Shown one piece after another: positions 28,039 through 36,833 of a DNA stretch of 64,000 nt. A program made the translations under genes and the position numbers. The stretch's first letter is position 1; every line of letters begins with the position of its first letter. Origin of the DNA: Candidatus Harrisonbacteria bacterium (lineage in GTDB: Bacteria > Patescibacteriota > Minisyncoccia > UBA6257 > WO2-44-18); the NCBI GenBank assembly GCA_016182295.1, contig JACOXP010000005.1, positions 4,926 to 68,925 of the forward strand. Direction: 5' to 3'. The notes under the pieces are model-generated. The model did not search any database, was not told the DNA's origin, and was given only the letters and a program-made list of their open reading frames with translations.

Positions 28039-28917
28039 TTAATTATAATAAATTTTTAATTTTAGTCCATCAAAGATTGCTTTAATCGTCCCATTTAAAT
28101 CGGTTCGGAAAATCTGCGAGCCGACATCGGCTAGTCGATTCAAGGCGGCGTTTGTTGGGTGGCCATAGCTATTTTTACCGACGCCAATTACAGAAATTGA
28201 CGGGTTAACACCGCGTAAAAATTCGTTATTACTGGAATATTTCGATCCGTGATGCGCCACCTTTAAGATTTGCGCTGAAAGATCGTATTTACGGGCAAGT
28301 TGATTTTCAACGTCAAAACCGATATCGGCGGTATAAAGCGCCCGTAAGCCGCCCCGCTCTAAAAGCAAAACAATCCCAGAATCATTTATCGCTTTCTCTG
28401 GAGAAGGCGTTCTGCTTGGAGACAGGACTGAAATAACGGCAGTTTCATAAACAATTTTATCACCTTCACGCGAAATAAGCGTTTTGATTTCTTTCTCCTT
28501 CACTATCTTTTCAAAGTCACCCCAAGCGGTAGCTTTTCCGGAGCGGCCGTTAGTAATCACCGCGCCAACCTCATAAGTGCGTAGAACGTCAATTAATCCG
28601 CCAAAATGGTCAAAATCCGGATGAGTAACGATAATCAAGTCAATATAACGATCTTGCGGCGCCAGAGCTTTCGCGAGCTCCGTTAAAACTTTGGGGCTTC
28701 TCCCGCCGTCAATTAAAATTTGGACATCCCCGGGCAAATTAATCATCTGGCTGTCTCCCTGACCAACGTCAAAAAACCAAAGCTCTAAATTCTCTGCGCC
28801 ATTATTGAACAAAATCACGTACCAAATAAACCCATTCGTCGCCGCCAGAATTAATAAGCTTGAATAAAAATATTGATTGTTCTTCATATAACAACACTTG
28901 TAGGGCCGATCGGCCAT
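28039..28917 (-). CDS. comEC: ComEC/Rec2 C-terminal metallo-beta-lactamase domain protein
   Basis: 292 aa; HPDFDHFGG and VAHHGS MBL motifs; N-terminal TM. Confidence 0.7.
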   Translation of the reverse strand: MADRPYKCCYMKNNQYFYSSLLILAATNGFIWYVILFNNGAENLELWFFDVGQGDSQMINLPGDVQILIDGGRSPKVLTELAKALAPQDRYIDLIIVTHPDFDHFGGLIDVLRTYEVGAVITNGRSGKATAWGDFEKIVKEKEIKTLISREGDKIVYETAVISVLSPSRTPSPEKAINDSGIVLLLERGGLRALYTADIGFDVENQLARKYDLSAQILKVAHHGSKYSSNNEFLRGVNPSISVIGVGKNSYGHPTNAALNRLADVGSQIFRTDLNGTIKAIFDGLKLKIYYN

Positions 28918-28929
28918 TGAGGTGTAATA

Positions 28930-30264
28930 TTATAGAAATTGGATTATTTTTGCAAAAAGATTTATAACTCCTAATTCGTAACCAAGGAAGATGCTGGTTG
29001 GAAAACTCAATAACCAGGATAGATGATATGAGATGGCGGCGGAGAAGGCGGTGAAAAATCCGAGGGTCATAGTAATTGGAACAAATTCTAAGACCAAAAT
29101 ATTAGTTATTAAACTCATTGGAGAAAAATAACCGAAGTGATAAAGCGCCAGTGGCAAAACGGCAACTTGGGCTGAAGTAGTTGTTAAAAAATGCTCGCGC
29201 CAGTTAAAAATTCCCGGTTTTTCGGTAAATTTCAGCCATTTTTGCAAATAAGGCCTAAAATAACTGATTCCCAAAAGCGCGGCGAAAGAAAGTTGAAATC
29301 CAATGTCGAAAACAAGGACTTTTGGATTCAAGATCACCATAACAAGAGCCGCGGCGGCGATAGCATTTCGAAGGTAATATATCCGCTTGAATTGGTCGGC
29401 AAATAGCAAAATCATCGCCATAATTGCCGCTCGCACAACTGAAGCCTCGGCTCCAGTCATAATGACAAAACTTAAGATAAATAAAATACTGATAAGCAAC
29501 CGCCATTTTTTAGTAAACCACCAAAGGCCCAGAATCGCCCCCAAACTTACCGTAATAACAGTAATATTGTATCCGGACAGAGCGACCAGATGCGTTGTTC
29601 CCGTAAGGCGCATGTTTTCCTTGAATTCGTCGGAAAACTCAGCTGTGGAGCCGAGCGTTAGACCGGAAAGAAACGCCGCTTTTTCAAGAGGTAAAACTTT
29701 CCGATAGCTTTCTTCAAAATATTCTTTAACGCTAAAGAGAGCCGCTTTAATCGGCGATCCCTGATTTTTAGCGATAAGTTCGATTTTGGGGAAACTCACC
29801 AGACCGGCAATCCCTTCTTTAGAAAAATACCCTTGCCATTCCGGATTAATTTTTTCAATAATGCCTTCAACTTGAACCCGATCGCCATAATCAAATTTTG
29901 GATACCGACCGGCGGTAATTTGCAGACGTTCGGCGCTTTCGATAACCAACTTTTGGCTATTAAGCCGTTGTTCAGCCTCGACAATTATTCCGGTAATTTT
30001 CACTTTCTGCCCGAAAGGAACATCCCCGGGATTATTCATTACGTCAAAAATAAAGTAATACCCCGCGCCCAAAAACATTACCAAAACAATGAACACCGCT
30101 CCGTAGGGCAGCGTTTGACGATAAAAGAAAGCAATCGAAAAAATTAATAGAATTACGACGGTTGTGATGAAGCGCGCTTGTTCAAAACCGATCGCGATAC
30201 TCGCGATAAAAACGCCTGCCAGAAAAAAGCAGGTCGTCCAAAAGAAAATTTCGTGTAACTTCAC
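28930..30264 (-). CDS. comEC: ComEC/Rec2 competence membrane channel domain (DUF4131 + competence domain)
   Basis: 444 aa; polytopic; OB-like DUF4131 N-terminal region, then a multi-TM competence domain. Confidence 0.7.
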   Translation of the reverse strand: MKLHEIFFWTTCFFLAGVFIASIAIGFEQARFITTVVILLIFSIAFFYRQTLPYGAVFIVLVMFLGAGYYFIFDVMNNPGDVPFGQKVKITGIIVEAEQRLNSQKLVIESAERLQITAGRYPKFDYGDRVQVEGIIEKINPEWQGYFSKEGIAGLVSFPKIELIAKNQGSPIKAALFSVKEYFEESYRKVLPLEKAAFLSGLTLGSTAEFSDEFKENMRLTGTTHLVALSGYNITVITVSLGAILGLWWFTKKWRLLISILFILSFVIMTGAEASVVRAAIMAMILLFADQFKRIYYLRNAIAAAALVMVILNPKVLVFDIGFQLSFAALLGISYFRPYLQKWLKFTEKPGIFNWREHFLTTTSAQVAVLPLALYHFGYFSPMSLITNILVLEFVPITMTLGFFTAFSAAISYHLSWLLSFPTSIFLGYELGVINLFAKIIQFL

Positions 30265-31289
30265 TTGGCGGATTTTATCACACCGCCGCCCAACATCAAG
30301 CCTTTTTTATCGTAAATTACAGCCGATTGGCCCTCGGCTACGAATTTTATCGGTCGGCTAAAAATTAACTTTTTACCGTCGAACCCCGCTTTTTCAAGCG
30401 GTTGACGATAACGAACCCGCGCGTAAACCAATTTCGGGGATTTTCCAGTCAGATTAATATTAGTTAACCCAACCTCTTTTTTATAAAGAGCCGGGTTCTT
30501 TTCTCCCTCGGCGACAATAACCGTGTTTTTTTTGATATCTTTGCCAGCCACGTAAAGCGGTTTTTCATATCCGCCGATGCCGAGGCCGTGGCGCTGACCG
30601 ATAGTGTAATAAAAGGCGCCGCGATGTTCGCCTATTACACTTGTTTGCCGATCGGCAGACAAGTGTAATATGGGACCGGGTTTTTCTGGAATATATTTTT
30701 TGAGAAAATCCAATAAAGTAACTTTCCCCAGAAAACAGATACCCTGCGAATCTTTTTTAGCGGCGTTATGCAGGGAAAATTTAACCGCCAGTTTACGCAC
30801 TTGAGATTTTTTATAGTCACCGATCGGGAAAAGACAGTGTTGAATTTGGTTCGGTTTTAGCGTCCATAAAAAATAAGACTGATCTTTATTGCTGTCTTTG
30901 GCGGTGAAAAGTTTTTTACCAATTCGACGAACATAATGGCCAGTTGCCACGAAATCCGCCCCCAGCTCCATCGCCTTTTTGTAAAATAATCCGAATTTAA
31001 TTTCCTGATTGCACATCACATCTGGATTTGGAGTAATCCCCTTTTTGTAGCCATCAATCATATATTGGACAACTTTATCTTTGTATTCTTTTTCAAAATC
31101 AAAAGCATAAAAGGGAATGCCGAGATGTTCGGCCGCCCGGCGGGCGTCTTCGGCGTCTCCGGCGGCGCACCCGTCCACGTTGAAGCATTTTAGATGGATT
31201 CCGACAACGTCAAACCCCCGCTTTTTCAAAAGCGCCGCTGTTACGGAAGAATCTACCCCACCTGACATCCCAATAAATACTGTTTTCAT
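30261..31289 (-). CDS. mnmA: tRNA-specific 2-thiouridylase MnmA
   Basis: PP-loop IGMSGGVDSSV; catalytic Cys region GICFLGK. Confidence 0.9.
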   Translation of the reverse strand: MKTVFIGMSGGVDSSVTAALLKKRGFDVVGIHLKCFNVDGCAAGDAEDARRAAEHLGIPFYAFDFEKEYKDKVVQYMIDGYKKGITPNPDVMCNQEIKFGLFYKKAMELGADFVATGHYVRRIGKKLFTAKDSNKDQSYFLWTLKPNQIQHCLFPIGDYKKSQVRKLAVKFSLHNAAKKDSQGICFLGKVTLLDFLKKYIPEKPGPILHLSADRQTSVIGEHRGAFYYTIGQRHGLGIGGYEKPLYVAGKDIKKNTVIVAEGEKNPALYKKEVGLTNINLTGKSPKLVYARVRYRQPLEKAGFDGKKLIFSRPIKFVAEGQSAVIYDKKGLMLGGGVIKSAK

Positions 31290-31589
31290 TGAACATATTA
31301 TGCAACAATTTTATTATTTTTGCAAAATTTGACTAAAAAGTAATAGTTTGTTATTCTCAACTCAGAACATTTTTAAGGAGAAGGTTGTGAAAAAAGCCGG
31401 GAAGAAGCTCAGTCTTTGCTGACACTCGGGCAGTTGTCCCGAGGTTTCGGTCGAAGCCTCAACGGGAATGGTGGTCATCACCGATGACAATCTTCCGGGT
31501 AAGCTGCGCATGATCAAGCTTACCAAGAAACAATTCCTCCGCCTTCTCAAAGAAGGCGGGAATTTCATCGAGGGTAGGTAAATTTTTAA

Positions 31590-31618
31590 GGCCTCCGACT
31601 CAAAGTCGGGGGCCTTTT
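31590..31618 (+). terminator. Rho-independent terminator upstream of efp
   Basis: ggcctccgac-tcaaa-gtcgggggcc hairpin followed by tttt. Confidence 0.5.
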
Positions 31619-31650
31619 CAAAAACTATTTTTTATAGTAACTTTCACTCA

Positions 31651-32226
31651 ATGCTTTCATACAATGAATTAAAAAGAGGGGCAATTTTTGTGTTAGACGG
31701 ACAGCCGCACGAAGTTTTGGAATACGAATTTTTGCGGATGCAACAAAGAAAACCGGTAGCTAAAACCAAGATTAAAAACCTGATAACAGGCAAAATAGTC
31801 GAGCGGTCTTTTCATCAAAACGAATCTTTTGAAGAGGCCGACATCCAAAAAGAGGAGATAAAATACTTATATAACAATCGCGGTCAAGTTTGGTTTTGCG
31901 CGAAAGACAATCCAGCCCAAAGATTTCAGATTCAGGAAGAAATTATCGGTTCCGCCAGCCAATTTTTAAAAGCCAATTCTTTGGTGATCGCGTTGAAATT
32001 TGACGAAAAAATAATCGGCATTCGTCCGCCAATCAAAGTAGACCTTAGGGTAAAAGAAGCCCCGCCAGGATTTAAGGGCGATACCGCTACCGGCGGCACC
32101 AAGCCAATTACTTTAGAAACCGGCGCTATAGTCAACGCTCCGCTTTTTATTAATACCGGGGATACTATAAGGGTCAATACTGAAACCGGTGAATACGTGG
32201 AACGCGTCGAAAAATCCAAGGAGTAA
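31651..32226 (+). CDS. efp: Elongation factor P
   Basis: 191 aa; MLSYNELKRGAIFVLDGQPHEVLEYEF... canonical EF-P. Confidence 0.9.
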   Translation: MLSYNELKRGAIFVLDGQPHEVLEYEFLRMQQRKPVAKTKIKNLITGKIVERSFHQNESFEEADIQKEEIKYLYNNRGQVWFCAKDNPAQRFQIQEEIIGSASQFLKANSLVIALKFDEKIIGIRPPIKVDLRVKEAPPGFKGDTATGGTKPITLETGAIVNAPLFINTGDTIRVNTETGEYVERVEKSKE

Positions 32227-32228
32227 AG

Positions 32229-33698
32229 TTATTCCTGTTTTTCTTTGTGAAGCGATTCGTTAATCGCTTTTTTTAATTCATCCACGTTTATTTTAGCTTT
32301 TGGTTTTTCAAAACGTGGACGTTCCGGGCGCGGCTGATCGAATTTCGGGCGTAAAACCTCCTCCATCGGCCGTTCATTTCTCCTAAGACGTTTTTCTTGC
32401 ATTACTTCCCCAACGGTCGGTTGCCACTCCTCGGCGATTTTTTTGGCAACAACTGATACCGGCGTGGCGTAATGCCGCCTGGTGTAATCTATAATTTCTT
32501 CACGACTTGACGCGGTAGGCGGCGTTAACGGCCCAATACCCACCGCGGAAAACGGACGCGAAGAAACGCCGTCAATCATCAATTTAATGTAACAATGAGC
32601 TTTTGGCAGGTTGACGATATCTTGAATGACAAATTCCGGCATTAATTCTTTTTCCAGAAATTCGGCGTCTTCCGCGCCGACCCGGAAAGTTACCAAGGTG
32701 CCGACGTTGCCGAAAACCGCGTCGCGCACCTTGGTATTAAATTCATGGATAAGTTGCCTGATATATTGGTGAGCTAAGATCAAACATAAACGGTATTTTC
32801 TGGCCTCTGACAAAATATTAGCAAAGGAATCGGTCGCGAAATTCTGAAATTCGTCAACGTAAAGATAAAAATCTTTACGGTCTCTCTCCGGAAGGTCTAC
32901 CCGGGACATTGCCGCCAGCTGGAGTCGAGTGATAATCATTGACCCAAGTAAAGCGGAGTTGTCTTCGCCAATTTTACCTTTAGATAAATTAAAAATAAGT
33001 ATTTTTTGATCATCCATCGCTTTGCGCAAATTCAAAGCGGAGCGCGATTGGCCTAAAATATTTCTTACTAACGGGTTAGCGACGAATTGGCCGATTTTGT
33101 TTTGAATGGCGGCGGTCGCTTCGGTTTCGAATTTCTGCGCGTAGCGGGCAAATTCATTAACCCAAAAACCTTTAATAACGGGATCTTGCAGTCGATCTAC
33201 CAATCCTTTTCTATACTCTTTATCGGATAATAACCGCATTACTCCCAAAATAGTTGAATCGGGGAATTCTAATAAAGTTAATAAAGCGTTATTTAAAATA
33301 TATTCCATTCTCGCGGACCAAACATCCGGCCAGATCTTTTTAAAAACACCCATCAAGCCGGAAGCTATTAAATGGCGGAATTCACCCCCCACTTTTTCTA
33401 ATGGGTTGAAAGCTATCGGGTGATTAATATCGGCAGGGTCAAAATAAACCGTATCTTTCACCCTTTCCGGCGGTATAAAATCGAGAATTTTATCGGCAAG
33501 ATCGCCGTGAGGGTCAACCACCGCCACCCCGTGGCCGGCTTTAATATCGGCAACTATCATATTCTCCAGCATCGTTGTTTTACCCATGCCGGTTTTACCG
33601 ATCAGATACATATGTCGGCGACGATCGTCGATTTTAATGCCGAATTTTTTGCTTTGTCCTCGGAAACTAACTAGTCCGAAATAATTTACATCAGCCAT
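32229..33698 (-). CDS. P-loop NTPase of the VirD4/TraG/HerA (FtsK-HerA superfamily, AAA_10/DUF87-like) type
   Basis: 489 aa; Walker A GKTGMGKTT, Walker B YLYVDEFQNF, sensor LILAHQ; Lys/Arg/Glu/Pro-rich C-terminal tail. Confidence 0.55.
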   Translation of the reverse strand: MADVNYFGLVSFRGQSKKFGIKIDDRRRHMYLIGKTGMGKTTMLENMIVADIKAGHGVAVVDPHGDLADKILDFIPPERVKDTVYFDPADINHPIAFNPLEKVGGEFRHLIASGLMGVFKKIWPDVWSARMEYILNNALLTLLEFPDSTILGVMRLLSDKEYRKGLVDRLQDPVIKGFWVNEFARYAQKFETEATAAIQNKIGQFVANPLVRNILGQSRSALNLRKAMDDQKILIFNLSKGKIGEDNSALLGSMIITRLQLAAMSRVDLPERDRKDFYLYVDEFQNFATDSFANILSEARKYRLCLILAHQYIRQLIHEFNTKVRDAVFGNVGTLVTFRVGAEDAEFLEKELMPEFVIQDIVNLPKAHCYIKLMIDGVSSRPFSAVGIGPLTPPTASSREEIIDYTRRHYATPVSVVAKKIAEEWQPTVGEVMQEKRLRRNERPMEEVLRPKFDQPRPERPRFEKPKAKINVDELKKAINESLHKEKQE

Positions 33699-33699
33699 A

Positions 33700-34947
33700 T
33701 TATTCTACCGGCAATCCCGCTGGCGGCTCGCCCTTCTTTGCCCCCAAACGCCTCAAAAGCGGCGCTTCGACTACCAGTGACGGGAAATGATATATGGTGG
33801 CCAATTCTTCAACGTTTAAAACGGAAGTTTTTCTCGGCCAATACATTCTCCGATAAGATTCAAAAAGTCGCCTTTTTCTAAACCAAAGCCGGCGTTGCTT
33901 TAAAAGTTTAAGGTTGCCGCGCACAATCGTCATGGTTTTAATATTCGGACGAAACCCGTTGAGGTCTTGAGTGGTGAACTGATGAAAAGTAGACATCACC
34001 GCCGCGATATTAGAACGGGTAAAACTGTTGCGCTTATCTATATAGAGAAAACGAATATTGGTTTTAAAACCGAGTCGGCTGATTTTTTTCTCAATCGCTT
34101 CCACAGCGCTTAACTCCCCTTTAGTCATGTGGAAAAGAAGGCTTTGCGCCTCCCTTTCTTCTTTCTTGGATTCCTCCCAAACAGGATGTTGCCCAGCGGC
34201 AAAGATCAAATTTTTAACGAATTCCCAAACAGCGTCGAAAAAATTTTTCGGGGCCGCTTTTTTACGCCCGATCAATTTATCACGAAGGGCTTCGCCTTCT
34301 TTTTTCCACGCGTCGTCAGTTGGGCTGACCATTATTTGAATCCAAATCGCTTCGTCATTTTTCAGTTTAGACATCACCTCTGTGATAGCGGCAATAGGAT
34401 CTAAGCGCTTTTCTTCCTGGGCGTTTTCAAAATGTTCATAAGTCTGAATTGGATATGGATTCGCTTTTATCAGGTGATAATCTGTTCCCCAAACATCGTA
34501 AACCTTGTTTGGCAATGTTTTGGGCATTAAATTCATGTAATCTTCCGCTTCGTGAACTTCCGCGTCTGGATATTGGGCGTAAATAGCCGATTCAAGGATA
34601 TCCCGCCATTGGGCGGGGGTGCGGACATAAAAATGAACCCCGCCGGCAAATCCAACAAGCTCAAAGGCCACCCAATCCTCGAATAAACGGCCCTCTAGAT
34701 ATTTTTCAAAAAGTTTGAAACCAAAAGAATAAATTCCATAAACAGCGGAAAAAATCTGCTCCATCGCCTTGGGAGTTTTTTCAATACCGGCCGGAATTTT
34801 AATTTCCAAAAGCACCCACTTTATGCTTCGGAGATATTTTATAAAGACGTGATACTTCCAAAATTTCCAAAAAACGAACATTAAGGCAAGCGGCAATACA
34901 ATCCACCAAACCGCCGCGAAAACCGAGATAACGCTATTTAAAATCAC
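33700..34947 (-). CDS. Membrane-anchored hypothetical protein, partner of the upstream ATPase
   Basis: 415 aa; one or two N-terminal TM helices then a large soluble domain; 1-nt gap to the ATPase gene suggests translational coupling. Confidence 0.35.
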   Translation of the reverse strand: MILNSVISVFAAVWWIVLPLALMFVFWKFWKYHVFIKYLRSIKWVLLEIKIPAGIEKTPKAMEQIFSAVYGIYSFGFKLFEKYLEGRLFEDWVAFELVGFAGGVHFYVRTPAQWRDILESAIYAQYPDAEVHEAEDYMNLMPKTLPNKVYDVWGTDYHLIKANPYPIQTYEHFENAQEEKRLDPIAAITEVMSKLKNDEAIWIQIMVSPTDDAWKKEGEALRDKLIGRKKAAPKNFFDAVWEFVKNLIFAAGQHPVWEESKKEEREAQSLLFHMTKGELSAVEAIEKKISRLGFKTNIRFLYIDKRNSFTRSNIAAVMSTFHQFTTQDLNGFRPNIKTMTIVRGNLKLLKQRRLWFRKRRLFESYRRMYWPRKTSVLNVEELATIYHFPSLVVEAPLLRRLGAKKGEPPAGLPVE

Positions 34948-34954
34948 TAGTTAA

Positions 34955-35950
34955 TTATACCAAAGTGGTATAACGGCCGTCACCAAGACGTTTAAAATGC
35001 TTTCGGTTCTGAAGATTGATTAAAATAGTGTTTTCTTTAAAGATTCTCTGCTTCATAACTAAATTAATAACTTCCCGAGAAGAAAGCGGACCGTCCTTTT
35101 TCAAAAAGTGAGAGATAAGTTCTTTAGCGGTCCCCGCGACAACGCCAAACTCGCTTAAAGTATAGGTGCCCTTTCCAACCAAAACAAACTTTTTATCTTT
35201 GATCAGCTCGTTGTGGATAGTCGGAGCGTGGGTTTTTTTACCCCGAATTTCAGAGACTAATCTGGCGATTTCCGTAAAATGCAGAGGGCGCTTTTCTTTC
35301 TTCAAAATTAAATAGGCCCAATCTCGGGCGGTTTTCGGGTTAATTTCCGTCCATTCGGCAAGGCCAATACTGCCATAAACATTGGTAGTGATATTTTTGG
35401 AAATAGACGCGTAATTGCGGGCAACGCCGTCGCTCACCCCGGAATTTCTGGCGGCGGCTACAAAGGTGGTGGAAAAGTCGTCACGATCGGCGTTTTTTAG
35501 AACGTAGGAAACAAAAGATAAGGCTTTTTTCTTTCCATCGTCACCGATGTGCCAAAAAGCGTGAGTGTCTTTCCCGTCGTTGGCATATTGAAAAGAATCG
35601 CAGATTTCAAGTAAAAACTTAACTCGATTTTGAGCGTTAGCTCCGGCCAATTCTTCTATCAGCAAATCCTCGCGCTTGGTTCCGCCGGAATTTTTTAAAA
35701 TTTCATTGACGGCTTTTTTGAATCCGGAAAATTCATCGCCATTGGCGTTGGTTTTAGCTACTTTAATAGCGGTGGATTCGATTTGACGAATTCGTTCGCG
35801 GGTTAAGCTGTATTTTGATCCTAATTCAGCAAGGGTCAGGGATTCAGTTTTACCAAGACCATACCGCCCTTCCAAAACTTCTTTTTGACGAGAAGTCAGC
35901 CCGGTTAAGCAGGTTTTGATCAGCGAATTGATTTTGTTGTTATCCAACAT
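34955..35950 (-). CDS. DNA-binding protein with N-terminal sigma-70 region-4-like HTH and C-terminal HARE-HTH-like domain
   Basis: 331 aa; TSRQKEVLEGRYGL...TLAELGSKYSLTRERIRQIESTAI resembles sigma70 region 4; C-terminal FTEIARLV...HNELIKDKKFVLVGKGTYTLSEFG resembles the HARE-HTH of RpoE delta. Confidence 0.4.
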   Translation of the reverse strand: MLDNNKINSLIKTCLTGLTSRQKEVLEGRYGLGKTESLTLAELGSKYSLTRERIRQIESTAIKVAKTNANGDEFSGFKKAVNEILKNSGGTKREDLLIEELAGANAQNRVKFLLEICDSFQYANDGKDTHAFWHIGDDGKKKALSFVSYVLKNADRDDFSTTFVAAARNSGVSDGVARNYASISKNITTNVYGSIGLAEWTEINPKTARDWAYLILKKEKRPLHFTEIARLVSEIRGKKTHAPTIHNELIKDKKFVLVGKGTYTLSEFGVVAGTAKELISHFLKKDGPLSSREVINLVMKQRIFKENTILINLQNRKHFKRLGDGRYTTLV

Positions 35951-35972
35951 GTTAAGCTCAATGCTACCATAT

Positions 35973-36833
35973 TTAACGCCAGATTGTCAACAATGGGCTG
36001 GCAAGAAAAATCGATGAGTAAGTGCCGACCAAAGTACCCGCTAAAATCACTATCAAAAAGTTTTGCAGGTTAACTGGCCCAAAAAACAGGAGGGCGATGA
36101 TCGCGATAACCAGAGTTAAGGATGTATTAATGGATCGGGAAAGAGTTTGATTTACGCTCGCGTTGACTAAGTTGTTAAAATCCCCAGCCCCTTTGGAATT
36201 TTTAATATTTTCCCTAATACGATCAAAAACAACAATTGTGTCATGAACAGAGAACCCCATTACTACCAAAATAGCTACGACAAAATTAGTATCTATTTCG
36301 GCTCCGATGAAATAACCGAGCAGAGCGAAAAGCCCCGCTGGTATAACAGCGTCGTGGAATAAAGTCACCAAAGCGATAATCCCATATTTCCAAGAACTAA
36401 CCGGCTTTGAAACCTTGCGAAAAGCGAAAGCCACATAAATGGAAATCAACGCCAATACCAAACCAAAAGCCCAAATCGCCTTTCGACGAAGTTCATTTCC
36501 GATCACCGGGCCTATATTCTGAAATTGCAATTCTTCCAATTCTCCCACTGAACGAAATTCCGACAATAGCGATTCTTTTGCGGCTTCATCAAGCTCTTTA
36601 AGCCGAATCAAAAAGACGCCATTTTCTTGAGGAATGACCGTTCCTTCGCTCGCAATAACCGCCAACCTTTCCTGAGACGGCGCTTCTCCGAAGAATTTTA
36701 TTTGCCAGGCAACGCCGCCGGCAAAATCTATTCCCGGTTTAAGGCCAAAGAACAGGATGCTCGCCAAGCTGGCTAACGCGAGAAGCGCTGATAAGGTTAT
36801 AAAAATATGTTTTTTGCCGATAATGTTAAGCAT
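35973..36833 (-). CDS. secF: Protein translocase subunit SecF
   Basis: 286 aa; six TM segments; follows secD with an 8-nt overlap. Confidence 0.85.
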   Translation of the reverse strand: MLNIIGKKHIFITLSALLALASLASILFFGLKPGIDFAGGVAWQIKFFGEAPSQERLAVIASEGTVIPQENGVFLIRLKELDEAAKESLLSEFRSVGELEELQFQNIGPVIGNELRRKAIWAFGLVLALISIYVAFAFRKVSKPVSSWKYGIIALVTLFHDAVIPAGLFALLGYFIGAEIDTNFVVAILVVMGFSVHDTIVVFDRIRENIKNSKGAGDFNNLVNASVNQTLSRSINTSLTLVIAIIALLFFGPVNLQNFLIVILAGTLVGTYSSIFLASPLLTIWR

